A DNA stretch of 64,000 bases, taken from contig OZ024741.1 in assembly GCA_964016885.1 (NCBI GenBank), positions 127,658,001 through 127,722,000 of the forward strand, written 5' to 3'. How positions within the stretch are numbered: the stretch's first letter is position 1; the number at the start of each line of letters is the position of its first letter. A model generated the notes under the pieces. The model made no database searches, was not told the origin of the DNA, and saw only the letters and a program-made list of their open reading frames with translations. Source of the DNA: Eledone cirrhosa. Its lineage: Eukaryota. Position numbers and translations under genes: made by a program. Shown piece after piece: positions 27,401-41,873 of this stretch.

Positions 27401-30400
27401 GTGGTAATGCTGGTTCTACTACAAAATACACCCAGCCCACTCTATAATGTGGTAGTGCTGGTTCTACTACAAAATACCACCAGCCCACTCTATAATGTGG
27501 TAATGCTGGTTCTACTACAAAATACACCTAGCCCACTCTATAATGTGGTAGTGCTGGTTCTACTACAAAATACACCCAGCCTACTCTGTACTGTGGTAAT
27601 GCTGGTTCAACTACAAAATACACCTAGCTCACTCTATAATGTAGTAATGCTGGTTCTACCACAAAATACACCTATCCCACTCTATAATTTGTTAGTGCTT
27701 GTTCTATTACAAAATACACCCAGCCCACTCTATAATGTGGTAATGCTGGTTCTACTACAAAATACACCCAGCCCACTCTATAATGTGGTAATGCTGGTTC
27801 TACCACAAGATACACCCAGCCCACTCTATAATGTGGTAGTGCTGGTTCTACCACAAAATACACCCAACCCACTCTATAATGTGGTAGTGCTGGTTCTACT
27901 ACAAAATACACCCAGCCCACTGTATAATGTGGTAGTGCTGGTTCTACTACACAATACACCTAGCCCACTCTATAATGTGGTAGTGCCGGTGCTACTACAA
28001 AATACACTCAGCCCACTCTATAATGCGGTAGTGCTGGTTCTACCAGAAAATACACCCAGCCCACTCTATAATGTGGTAGTGGTGGTTCTACCACAAAATA
28101 CACCTAGCCCACTCTATAATGTGTTAGTGCTGGTTCTACCACAAAATACACCCAGCCCACTCTACAATGTGGTAATGCTGGTTCTACTACAAAATACACC
28201 CAGCCCACTCTGTAATGTGGTAATGCTGGTTCAACTACAAAATACACCTAGCCCACTCTATAACGTGGTAAGCTGGTTCTACCACAAAATACACCTAGCC
28301 GACTCTATAATGTGGTAGAGCTGGTTCTACTACAAATTACACCCAGCCCACTCTATAATGTGGTAGTGCTGGCTCTACTACTAAATACACCTAGCCCACT
28401 CTATAATGTGGTAATGCTGGTTCTACTACAAAATACACCCAGCACACTCTATAATGTGGTAGTGCTGGTTCTACCACAAAATACACTCAGCCCACTCTAC
28501 AATGTGGTAGTGATGATTCTACCACAAAATACACTCAGCCCACTCTATAATGTGGTAGTGCTGGTTCTACCACAAAACACATTCAGCCCACTCTATAATG
28601 TGGTAGTGCTGGTTCTACCACAAAATACACTCAGCCCACTGTATAATGTGGTAGTGCTGGTTCTACCACAAAATACACCCAACTCACTCTATAATGTGGT
28701 AGTGCTGGTTCTACTACAAAATACTCCCAGCCCACTCTATAATGTGGTAGTGCTGGTTCTACTACAAAATACACCTAGCCCACTCTATAATGTGGTAGTG
28801 CTGGTTCTACCACAAAATACACTGAGCCCACTCTATAATGTGTTAGTGCTGGTTCTTCCACAAAATACCCCCAGCCCACTCTATAATGTGGTAATGCTGG
28901 TTCTACTACAAAATACACCCAGCCCACTCTGTAATGTGGTAATGCTGGTTCTACTACAAAATACACCCAGCCCACTCTATGATGTGGTAATGCTGGTTCT
29001 ACCATAAAATACACCCAGCCCACTCTATAATGTGGTAGTGCTGGTTCTATTACTAAATACACCCAGCCCACTCTATAATGTGGTAGTGCTGGTTCTACTA
29101 CAAAATACACCCATCCAACTCGATGATGAGGAAATGCTGGTTCTACCACAAAATAGACCCAGCCCACTCTCTAATGTGGTAATGCTGGTTCTACTACAAA
29201 ATACACCCAGCCCACTCTATAATATGGTAGTGCTGGTTCTACTACAAAATACACCCAGCCCACTCTATAATGTGGTAATGCTGGTTCTACTACAAAATAC
29301 ACCCAGGCCACTCTGTAATGTGGTAATGCTGGTTCTACCATAAAATACACCCAGCCCACTCTATAATGTGGTAGTGCTGGTTCTACTACTAAATACACCC
29401 AGCCCACTCTATAATGTGGTAGTGCTGGTTCTACTACAAAATACACTCAGCCAACTCGATGATGAGGTAATGCTGGTTCTACCACAAAATAGACCCAGAC
29501 CACTCTCTAATGTGGTAATGCTGGTTCTACTACAAAATACACCCAGCCCACTCTATAATGTGGTAGTGCTGGTTCTACTACAATATACACCCAACCCACT
29601 CTATAATGTGGTAGTGCTGGTTCTACTACAAAATACACTTAGCCCACTCTATAATGTGGTAGTGCTTGTTCTACCACAAAATACACTCAGCCCACTGTAT
29701 AATGTGGTAGTGCTGGTTCTTCCACAAAATACACCCAACCCACTCTATAATGTGGTAGTGCTGGTTCTACTACAAAATACACCCAGCCCACTCTATAATG
29801 TGGTAATGCTGGTTCTACCATAAAATACACCCAGCCCATTCTATAATGTGGTAGTGCTGGTTCTACTACTAAATACACCCAGCCCACTCTATAATGTGGT
29901 AATGCTCGTTCTACTACAAAATACACCCAGCCCACTCTGTAATGTGGTAATGCTGGTTCTACCATAAAATACACCCAGCCCACTCTATAATGTGGTAGTA
30001 CTGGTTCTTCTACTAAATACACCCAGCCCACTCTATAATGTGGTAGTGCTGGTTCTACTACAAAATACACCCAGCCAACTCGATGATGAGGTAATGCTGG
30101 TTCTACCACAAAATAGACCCAGCCCACTCTCTAATGTGGTAATGTTGGTTCTACTACAAAATACACCTAGCCCACTCTATGATGTGGTAATGCTGGTTCT
30201 ACCATAAAATACACCCAGCCCATTCTATAATGTGGTAGTGCTGGTTCTACTACTAAATACACCCAGCCCACTCTATAATGTGGTAGTGCTGCTTCTACTA
30301 CAAAATACACCCAGCCAACTTGATGATGAGGCAATGCTGGTTCTACCACAAAATAGACCCAGCCCACTCTCTAATGTGGTAATGCTGGTTCTACTACAAA

Positions 30401-33400
30401 ATACACCCAGCCCACTCTATAATGTGGTAGTGCTGGTTCTACTACAATATACACCCAACCCACTCTATAATGTGTTAGTGCTGGTTCTACTACAAAATAC
30501 ACCTAGCCCACTCTATAATGTGGTAGTGCTGGTTCTACCACAAAATACACTCAGCCCACTGTATAATGTGGTAGTGCTGGTTCTACCACAAAATACACCC
30601 AACCCACTCTATAATGTGGTAGTGCTGGTTCTACTACAAAATCCACCCAGCCCACTCTATAATGTGGTAGTGCTGGTTCTACTACAAAATACACCTAGCC
30701 CACTCTATAATGTGGTAGTGCTGGTTCTACCACAAAATACACTCAGCCCACTGTATAATGTGGTAGTGCTGGTTCTACCACAAAATACACCCAACCCACT
30801 CTATAATGTGGTAGTGCTGGTTCTACTACAAAATACACCCAGCCCACTCTATAATGTGGTAGTGCTGGTTCTACTACAAAATACACCTAGCCCACTCTAT
30901 AATGTGGTAGTGATGGTTCTACCACAAAATACACCGAGCCCACTCTATAATGTGTTAGTGCTGGTTCTTCCACAAAATACCCCCAGCCCACTCTATAATG
31001 TGGTAATGCTGGTTCTACTACAAAATACACCCAGCCCACTCTGTAATGTGGTAATGCTGGTTCTACTACAAAATACACCCAGCCCACTCTATGATGTGGT
31101 AATGCTGGTTCTACTACTAAATACACCCAGCCCACTCTATAATGTGGTAGTGCTGGTTCTACTACAAAATACACCCAGCCCACTCTGTAATGTGGTAATG
31201 CTGGTTCTACTACAAAATACACCCAGCCCACTCTATAATGTGGTAATGCTGGTTCTACCATAAAATACACCCAGCCCATTCTATAATGTGGTAGTGCTGG
31301 TTCTACTACTAAATACACCCAGCCCACTCTATAATGTGGTAGTGCTGCTTCTACTACAAAATACACCCAGCCAACTCGATGATGAGGCAATGCTGGTTCT
31401 ACCAGAAAATAGACCCAGCCCACTCTCTAATGTGGTAATGCTGGTTCTACTACAAAATACACCTAGCCCACTGTATAATGTGGTAGTGCTGGTTCTACCA
31501 CAAAATACACTCAGCTCACTGTATAATGTGGTAGTGCTGGTTCTACCACAAAATACACCCAACCCACTCTATAATGTGGTAGTGCTGGTTCTACTACAAA
31601 ATACACCCAGCCCACTCTATAATGTGGTAGTGCTGGTACTACTACAAAATACACCTAGCCCACTCTATAATGTGGTAGTGCTGGTTCTACTACAAAATAC
31701 ACCCAGCCCACTCTATAATGTGGTAATGCTGGTTCTACTACAAAATACACCCAGCCCACTCTATGATGTGGTAATGCTGGTTCTACCATAAAATACACCC
31801 AGCCCACTCTGTTATGTGGTAGTGCTGGTTCTACTACTAAATACACCCAGCCCACTCTATAATGTGGTAGTGCTGGTTCTACTACAAAATACACCCAGCC
31901 AACTCGATGATGAGGTAATGCTGGTTCTACCACAAAATAGACCTAGCCCACTCTCTAATGTGGTAATGCTGGTTCTACTACAAAATACACACAGCCCACT
32001 CTATAATGGGGTAGTGCTGGTTCTACTACAAACTACACCCAACCCACTCTATAATGTGGTAGTGCTGGTTCTACTACAAAATACACCTAGCCCACTCTAT
32101 AATGTGGTAGTGCTGGTTCTACTACAAAATACACCCAGCCCACTCTATAATGTGGTAGTGCTGGTTCTACTACAAAATACACCTAGCACACTCTATAATG
32201 TGGTAGTGCTGGTTCTACTACAAAATACACCCAGCCCACTCTATAATGTGGTAGTGCTGGTTCTACCACAAAATACACCGAGCCCACTCTATAATGTGTT
32301 AGTGCTGGTTCTACCACAAAATACACCCAGCCCACTCTATAATGTGGTAATGCTCGTTCTACTACAAAATAAACCCAGCCCACCCTGTAATGTGGTAATG
32401 CTGGTTCTACTACAAAATACACCCAGCCCACTCTATGATGTGGTAATGCTGGTTCTACCATAAAATACACCCAGCCCACTCTGTAATGTGGTAGTGCTGG
32501 TTCTACTACTAAATACACCCAGCCCACTCTATAATGTGGTAGTGCTGGTTCTACTACAAAATACACCCAGCCAACTCGATGATGAGGTAATGCTGGTTCT
32601 ACCACAAAATAGACCTAGCCCACTCTCTAATGTGGTAATGCTGGTTCTACTACAAAATACACCCAGCCCACTCTATAATGGGGTAGTGCTGGTTCTACTA
32701 CAAACTACACCCAACCCACTCTATAATGTGGTAGTGCTGGTTCTACTACAAAATAAACCTAGCCCACTGTATAATGTGGTAGTGCTGGTTCTACCACAAA
32801 ATACACCCAATCCACTCTATAATGTGGTAGTGCTGGTTCTACTACAAAATACACCCAGCCCACTCTATAATGTGGTAGTGCTGGTTCTACTACAAAATAC
32901 ACCTAGCCCACTCTATAACGTGGTAGTGCTGGTTCTACCACAAAATACACCCAGCCCACTCTATAATGTGGTAATACTGATTCAACTACAAAATACACCC
33001 AACCCACTCTATAATGTGGTAGTGCTGGTTCTACTACAAAATACACCCAGCCCACCCAATAATGTGGTAATGCTGGTTCTACTACAAAATACACTCAGCC
33101 AACTCTATAATGTGGTAGTGCTGGTTCTACCGCAAAATACACCTAGCCCACTCTATAATGTGTTAGTGCTGGTTCTACCACAAAATACACCCAGCCGACT
33201 CTATAATGTGGTAATGCTGGTTCTACTACAAAATACACCCAGCTCACTCTGTAATGTGGTAATGCTGGTTCTACTACAAAATACACCCAGCCCACTCTAT
33301 AATGTGGTAGTGCTGCTTCTACTACAAAATACACCCAGCCAACTCGATGATGAGGCAATGATGGTTCTACCACAAAATAGACCCAGCCCACTCTCTAATG

Positions 33401-36400
33401 TGGTAATGCTGGTTCTACTACAAAATACACCCAGCCCACTCTATAATGTGGTAGTGCTGGTTCTACTACAATATACACCCAACCCACTCTATAATGTGGT
33501 AGTGCTGGTTCTACTACAAAATACACCTAGCCCACTCTATAATGTGGTAGTGCTGGTTCTACCACAAAATACACTCAGCCCACTGTATAATGTGGTACGG
33601 CTGGTTCTACCACAAAATACACCCAACCCACTCTATAATGTGGTAGTTCTGGTTCTACTACAAAATCCACCCAGCCCACTCTATAATGTGGTAGTGCTGG
33701 TTCTACTACAAAATACACCTAGCCCACTCTATAATATGGTAGTGCTGGTTCTACCACAAAATACACCGAGCCCACTCTATAATGTGTTAGTGCTGGTTCT
33801 TCCACAAAATACCCCCAGCCCACTCTATAATGTGGTAATGCTGGTTCTACTACAAAATACACCCAGCCCACTCTGTAATGTGGTAATGCTGGTTCTACTA
33901 CAAAATACACCCAGCCCACTCTATGATGTGGTAATGCTGGTTCTACCATAAAATACACCCAGCCCACTCTATAATGTGGTAGTGCTGGTTCTACTACTAA
34001 ATACACCCAGCCCACTCTATAATGTGGTAGTGCTGGTTCTACTACAAAATACACTCAGCCAACTCGATGATGAGTTAATGCTGGTTCTACCACAAAATAG
34101 ACCCAGCCCACTCTCTAATGTGGTAATGCTGGTTCTACTACAAAATACACCCAGCCCACTCTATAATGTGGTAGTGCTGGTTCTACTACAATATACACCC
34201 AACCCACTCTATAATGTGGTAGTGTTGGTTCTACTACAAAATACACCTAGCCCACTCTATAATGTGGTAGTGCTGGTTCTACCACAAAATACACTCAGCC
34301 CACTGTATAATGTGGTAGTGCTGGTTCTACCACAAAATACACCCAACCCACACCATAATGTGGTAGTGCTGGTTCTACTACAAAATACATTCAGACAACT
34401 CGATGATGAGGTAATGCTGGTTCTACCACAAAATAGACCCAGCCCACTCTCTAATGTGGTAATGCTGGTTCTACTACAAAATACACCCAGCACATTCTAT
34501 AATGTGGTAGTGCTGGTTCTACTACAAAATACACCTAGCCCACTGTATAATGTGGTAGTGCTGGTTCTACTACAAAATACACCCAGCCCACTCTATAATG
34601 TGGTAATGCTGGTTCTACTACAAAATACACTCAGCCTACTCTATAATGTGGTAGTGCTGGTTCTACCACAAAATACACCGAGCCCACTCTATAATGTGTT
34701 AGTGCTGGTTTTACCACAAAATACACCCAGCCCACTCTATAATGTGGTAATGCTCGTTCTACTACAAAATACACCCAGCCCACTCTGTAATGTGGTAATG
34801 CTGGTTCTACCATAAAATACACCCATCCCACTCTATAATGTGGTAGTACTGGTTCTTCTACTAAATACACCCAGCCCACTCTATAATGTGGTAGTGCTGG
34901 TTCTACTACAAAATACACCCAGCCAACTCGATGATGAGGTAATGCTGGTTCTACCACAAAATAGACCCAGCCCACTCTCTAATGTGGTAATGTTGGTTCT
35001 ACTACAAAATACACCTAGCCCACTCTATGATGTGGTAATGCTGGTTCTACCATAAAATACACCCAGCCCATTCTATAATGTGGTAGTGCTGGTTCTACTA
35101 CTATATACACCCAGCCCACTCTATAATGTGGTAGTGCTGCTTCTACTACAAAATACACCCAGCCAACTTGATGATGAGGCAATGCTGGTTCTACCACAAA
35201 ATAGACCCAGCCCACTCTCTAATGTGGTAATGCTGGTTCTACTACAAAATACACCCAGCCCACTCTATAATGTGGTAGTGCTGGTTCTACTACAATATAC
35301 ACCCAACCCACTCTATAATGTGTTAGTGCTGGTTCTACTACAAAATACACCTAGCCCACTCTATAATGTGGTAGTGCTGGTTCTACCACAAAATACACTC
35401 AGCCCACTGTATAATGTGGTAGTGCTGGTTCTACCACAAAATACACCCAACCCACTCTATAATGTGGTAGTGCTGGTTCTACTACAAAGTCCACCCAGCC
35501 CACTCTATAATGTGTTAGTGCTGGTTCTACTACAAAATACACCTAGCCCACTCTATAATGTGGTAGTGCTGGTTCTACCACAAAATACACTCAGCCCACT
35601 GTATAATGTGGTAGTGCTGGTTCTACCACAAAATACACCCAACCCACTCTATAATGTGGTAGTGCTGGTTCTACTACAAAATACACCCAGCCCACTCTAT
35701 AATGTGGTAGTGCTGCTTCTACTACAAAATACACCCAGCCAACTCTATAATGTGGTAGTGATGGTTCTACCACAAAATACACCGAGCCCACTCTATAATG
35801 TGTTAGTGCTGGTTCTTCCACAAAATACCCCCAGCCCACTCTATAATGTGGTAATGCTGGTTCTACTACAAAATACACCCAGCCCACTCTATAATGTGGT
35901 AATGCTGGTTCTACTACAAAACACACCCAGCCCCCTCTATGATGTGGTAATGCTGGTTCTACTACTAAATACACCCAGCCCACTCTATAATGTGGTAGTG
36001 CTGGTTCTAGTACAAAATACACCCAGCCCACTCTGTAATGTGGTAATGCTGGTTCTACTACAAAATACACCCAGCCCACTCTATGATGTGGTAATGATGG
36101 TTCTACCATAAAATACACCCAGCCCACTCTATAATGTGGTAGTGCTGGTTCTACTACTAAATACACCCAGCCCACTCTATAATGTGGTAGTGCTGGTTCT
36201 ACTACAAATTACATTCAGACAACTCGATGATGAGGTAATGCTGGTTCTACCACAAAATAGACCCAGCCCACTCTCTAATGTGGTAATGCTAGTTCTACTA
36301 CAAAATACACCCAGCCCACTCTATAATGTGGTAGTGCTGGTTCTACTACAATATACACCCAACCCACTCTATAATGTGGTAGTGCTGGTTCTACTACAAA

Positions 36401-39400
36401 ATACACCTAGCCCACTCTATAATGTGGTAGTGCTGGTTCTACCACAAAATACACTCAGCCCACTGTATAATGTGGTAGTGCTGGTTCTACCACAAAATAC
36501 ACCCAACCCACTCTATAATGTGGTAGTGCTGGTTCTACTACAAAATACACCCAGCCCACTCTATAATGTGGTAGTGCTGGTTCTACTACAAAATACACCT
36601 AGCACACTCTATAATGTGGTAGTGCTGGTTCTACTACAAAATACACCCAGCCCACTCTATAATGTGGTAATGCTGGTTCTACTACAAAATACACCCAGCA
36701 CACTCTAAAATGTGGTAGTGCTGGTTCTACTACAAAATACACCCAGCCCACTCTATAATGTGGTAGTGCTGGTTCTACCACAAAATACACCGAGCCCACT
36801 CTATAATGTGTTAGTGCTGGTTCTTCCACAAAATACCCCCAGCCCACTCTATAATGTGGTAATGCTGGTTCTACTACAAAATACACCCAGCCCACTCTGT
36901 AATGTGGTAATGCTGGTTCTACTACAAAATACACCCAGCCCACTCTATGATGTGGTAATGCTGGTTCTACCATAAAATACACCCAGCCCACTCTATAATG
37001 TGGTAGTGCTGGTTCTACTACTAAATACACCCAGCCCACTCTATAATGTGGTAGTGCTGGTTCTACTACAAAATACACCCAGCCAACTCGATGATGAGGT
37101 AATGCTGGTTCTACCACAAAATAGACCCAGCCCACTCTCTAATGTGGTAATGCTGGTTCTACTACAAAATACACCCAGCCCACTCTATAATATGGTAGTG
37201 CTGGTTCTACTACAAAATACACCCAGCCCACTCTATAATGTGGTAATGCTGGTTCTACTACAAAATACACCCAGCCCACTCTGTAATGTGGTAATGCTGG
37301 TTCTACTACAAAATACACCCAGCCCACTCTATGATGTGGTAATGCTTGTTCTACCATAAAATACACCCAGCCCACTCTATAATGTGGTAGTGCTGGTTCT
37401 ACTACTAAATACACCCAGCCCACTCTATAATGTGGTAGTTCTGGTTCTACTACAAACTACACCCAACCCACTCGATGATGAGGTAATGCTGGTTCTACTA
37501 CAAAATAAACCTAGCCCACTCTATAATGTGGTAGTGCTGGTTCTACCACAAAATACACTCAGCCCACTGTATAATGTGGTAGTGCTGGTTCTACCACAAA
37601 ATACACCCAATCCACTCTATAATGTGGTAGTGCTGGTTCTACTACAAAATACACCCAGCCCACTCTATAATGTGGTAGTGCTGGTTCTACTACAAAATAC
37701 ACCTAGCCCACTCTATAACGTGGTAGTGCTGGTTCTACTACAAAATACACCCAGCCCACTCTATAATGTGGTAATACTGATTCTACTACAAAATACAGCC
37801 AACCCACTCTATAATGTGGTAATGCTGGTTCTACTACAAAATACACCTAGCCCACTCGATAATGTGGTAGTGCTGGTTCTACTACAAAATACACCCAGCC
37901 CACTCTATAATGTGGTAATGCTGGTTCTACTACAAAATACACTCAGCCTACTCTATAATGTGGTAGTGCTGGTTCTACCACAAAATACACCGAGCCCACT
38001 CTATAATGTGTTAGTGCTGGTTTTACCACAAAATACACCCAGCCCACTCTATAATGTGGTAATGCTCGTTCTACTACAAAATAAACCCAGCCCACTCTGT
38101 AATGTGGTAATGCTGGTTCTACTACAAAATACACCCAGCCCACTCTATGATGTGGTAATGCTGGTTCTACCATAAAATACACCCAGCCCATTCTATAATG
38201 TGGTAGTGCTGGTTCTACTACTAAATACACCCAGCCCACTCTATAATGTGGAAGTGCTGCTTCTACTACAAAATACACCCAGCCAACTCGATGATGAGGC
38301 AATGCTGGTTCTACCACAAAATAGACCCAGCCCACTCTCTAATGTGGTAATGCTGGTTCCACTACAAAATACACCCAGCCCACTCTATAATGTGGTAGTG
38401 CTGGTTCTACTACAATATACACCCAACCCACTCTATAATGTGGTAGTGCTGGTTCTACTACAAAATACACCTAGCCCACTCTATAATGTGGTAGTGCTGG
38501 TTCTACTACAAAATACACCCAGCCCACTCTGTAATGTGGTAATGCTGGTTCTACTACAAAATACACTCAGCCCACTGTATAATGTGGTAGTGTTGGTTCT
38601 ACCACAAAATACACCCAACCCACTCTATAATGTGGTAATGCTGGTTCTACTACAAAATACACCCAGCCCACTCTATAATGTGGTAATGCTGGTTCTACTA
38701 CAAAATACACCCAGCCCACTCTATGATGTGGTAATGCTGGTTCTACCATAAAATACACCCAGCCCACTCTATAATGTGGTAGTGCTGGTTCTACTACTAA
38801 ATACACCCAGCCCACTCTATAGTGTGGTAGTGCTGGTTCTACTACAAAATACACCCAGCCAACTCGATGATGAGGTAATGCTGGTTCTACCACAAAATAG
38901 ACCCAGCCCACTCTCTAATGTGGTAATGCTGGTTCTACTACAAAATACACCCAGCCCACTCTATAATATGGTAGTGCTGGTTCTACTACAAAATACACCC
39001 AGCCCACTCTATAATGTGGTAATGCTGGTTCTACTACAAAATACACCCAGCCCATTCTGTAATGTGGTAATGCTGGTTCTACTACAAAATACACCCAGCC
39101 CACTCTATGATGTGGTAATGCTGGTTCTACCATAAAATACACCCAGCCCACTCTATAATGTGGTAGTGCTGGTTCTACTACTAAATACACCCAGCCCACT
39201 CTATAATGTGGTAGTGCTGGTTCTACCACAAAATAGACCCAGCCCACTCTCTAATGTGGTAATGCTGGTTCTACTACAAAATACACCCAGCCCACTCTAT
39301 AATGTGGTAGTGCTGGTTCTACTACAATATACACCCAACCCACTCTATAATGTGGTAGTGCTGGTTCTACTACAAAATACACCTAGCCCACTCTATAATG

Positions 39401-41516
39401 TGGTAGTGCTGGTTCTACCACAAAATACACTCAGCCCACTGTAAAATGTGGTAGTGCTGGTTCTACCACAAAATACACCCAACCCACTCTATAATGTTGT
39501 AGTGCTGGTTCTACTACAAAATACACCTAGCCCACTCTATAATGTGGTAGTGCTGGTTCTACTACAAAATACACCTAGCCCACTCTATAATGTGGTAGTG
39601 CTGGTTCTACTACAAAATACACCCAGCCCACTCTATAATGTGGTAATGCTGGTTCTACTACAAAATACACCCAGCACACTCTATAATGTGGTAGTGCTGG
39701 TTCTACTACAAAATACACCTAGCCCACTCTATAATGTGGTAGTGCTGGTTCTACCACAAAATACACCGAGCCCACTCTATAATGTGTTAGTGCTGGTTCT
39801 ACCACAAAATACACCCAGCCCACTCTATAATGTGGTAATGCTCGTTCTACTACAAAATACACCCAGCCCACCCTGTAATGTGGTAATGCTGGTTCTACTA
39901 CAAAATACACCCAGCCCACTCTATGATGTGGTAATGCTGGTTCTACCATAAAATACACCCAGCCCACTCTGTAATGTGGTAGTGCTGGTTCTACTACTAA
40001 ATACACCCAGCCCACTCTATAATGTGGTAGTGCTGGTTCTACTACAAAATACACCCAGCCAACTCGATGATGAGGTAATGCTGGTTCTACCACAAAATAG
40101 ACCTAGCCCACTCTCTAATGTGGTAATGCTGGTTCTACTACAAAATACACCCAGCCCACTCTATAATGTGGTAGTGCTGGTTCTACTACAAACTACACCC
40201 AACCCACTCTATAATGTGGTAGTGCTGGTTCTACTACAAAATAACCCTAGCCCACTCTATAATGTGGTAGTGCTGGTTCTACCACAAAATACACTCAGCC
40301 CACTGTATAATGTGGTAGTGCTGGTTCTACCACAAAATACACCCAATCCCCTCTATAATGTGGTAGTACTGGTTCTACTACAAAATACACCCAGCCCACT
40401 CTATAATGTGGTAGTGCTGGTTCTACTACAAAATACACCTAGCCCACTCTATAACGTGGTAGTGCTGGTTCTACTACAAAATACACCCAGCCCACTCTAT
40501 AATGTGGTAATACTGATTCTACTACAAAATACACCCAACCCACTCTATAATGTGGTAATGCTGGTTCTACTACAAAATACACCTAACCCACTCTATAATG
40601 TGGTAGTGCTGGTTCTACTACAAAATACACCCAGCCCACTCTATAATGTGGTAATGCTGGTTCTACTACAAAATACACTCAGCCTACTCTATAATGTGGT
40701 AGTGCTGGTTCTACCACAAAATACACCGAGCCCACTCTATAATGTGTTAGTGCTGGTTCTACCACAAAATACACCCAGCCCACTCTATAATGTGGTAATG
40801 CTCGTTCTACTACAAAATACACCCAGCCCACTCTGTAATGTGGTAATGCTGGTTCTACTACAAAATACACCCAGCCCACTCTATGATGTGGTAATGTTGG
40901 TTCTACCATAAAATACACCCAGCCCACTCTATAATGTGGTAGTGCTGGTTCTACTACTAAATACACGCAGCCCACTCTATAATGTGGTAGTGCTGGTTCT
41001 ACTACAAAATACACCCAGCCAACTCGATGATGAGGTAATGTTGGTTCTACCACAAAATAGACCCAGCCCACTCTCTAGTGTGGTAATGCTGGTTCTACTA
41101 CAAAATACACCCAGCCCACTCTATAATATGGTAGTGCTGGTTCTACTACAAAATACACCCAGCCGACTCTGTAATGTGGTAATGCTGGTTCTACTACAAA
41201 ATACACCCAGCCCACTCTATCATGTGGTAATTCTGGTTCTACCTTAAAATACACCCAGCCCACTCTATAATGTGGTAGTGCTGGTTCTACTACAATATAC
41301 ACCCAACCCACTCTATAATGTGGTAGTGCTGGTTCTACTACAAAATAGACCCAGCCCACTCTATAATGTGGTAGTGCTTGTTCTACTACAAAATACACCC
41401 AACCCACTCTATAATGTGGTAGTGCTGGTTCTACTACAAAATACACCTAGCCCACTCTATAATGTGGTATTGCCGGTTCTATTACAAAATACACTCAGCC
41501 CACTCTATAATGTGGT
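9467..41516. repeat. 48-bp satellite, main block (about 32 kb) with higher-order duplications
   Basis: Uninterrupted monomers. Diagnostic variants recur at 2832, 1677, about 2800-2900 and 4848 bp spacings. Confidence 0.98.
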
Positions 41517-41788
41517 TGTTGTATGGACTGGGAATGGAACTCACAACCTCATTGTTGTATGGACTGTTAAATTCGTTTTGTTCGGTTTGCACGTGCTCAC
41601 ACATTTGCATATGGGTCACGTGACCTGGGCAGTCGGTCAGCGTTGGTGTTAAAAACTCGGTCACAGATTACTTACTTTATGTTATTCTGCTACTGCGAGG
41701 AGGGGCGACTTGGTTGTTTCGCCAATTACACAAATTATTTGATATAACTCGATGTGTTTTGTCTGCGAGTACCGAGAGGAATACAACA
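41517..41788 (+). repeat. 5' LTR (236-bp core 41553-41788 plus a 36-bp 5' extension)
   Basis: Core matches 46164-46399 with about 3 substitutions. TGTTGTATGGACTG occurs at both 41517 and 41553. Confidence 0.9.
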
Positions 41789-41796
41789 GAGTTTAT

Positions 41797-41814
41797 TGGC
41801 GTCGACGATAGGAT
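41797..41814 (+). promoter_or_regulatory. Primer-binding site (tRNA-Ser-like)
   Basis: 18-nt TGGCGTCGACGATAGGAT, starting TGG and ending GGAT, 8 nt after the 5' LTR. The tRNA identity is inferred from its resemblance to Ser PBSs. Confidence 0.65.
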
Positions 41815-41873
41815 TTACCTACATTGTCGATAGGATTTACCTACATTGCCGGGAAATTGTTTATCATAAAAAC

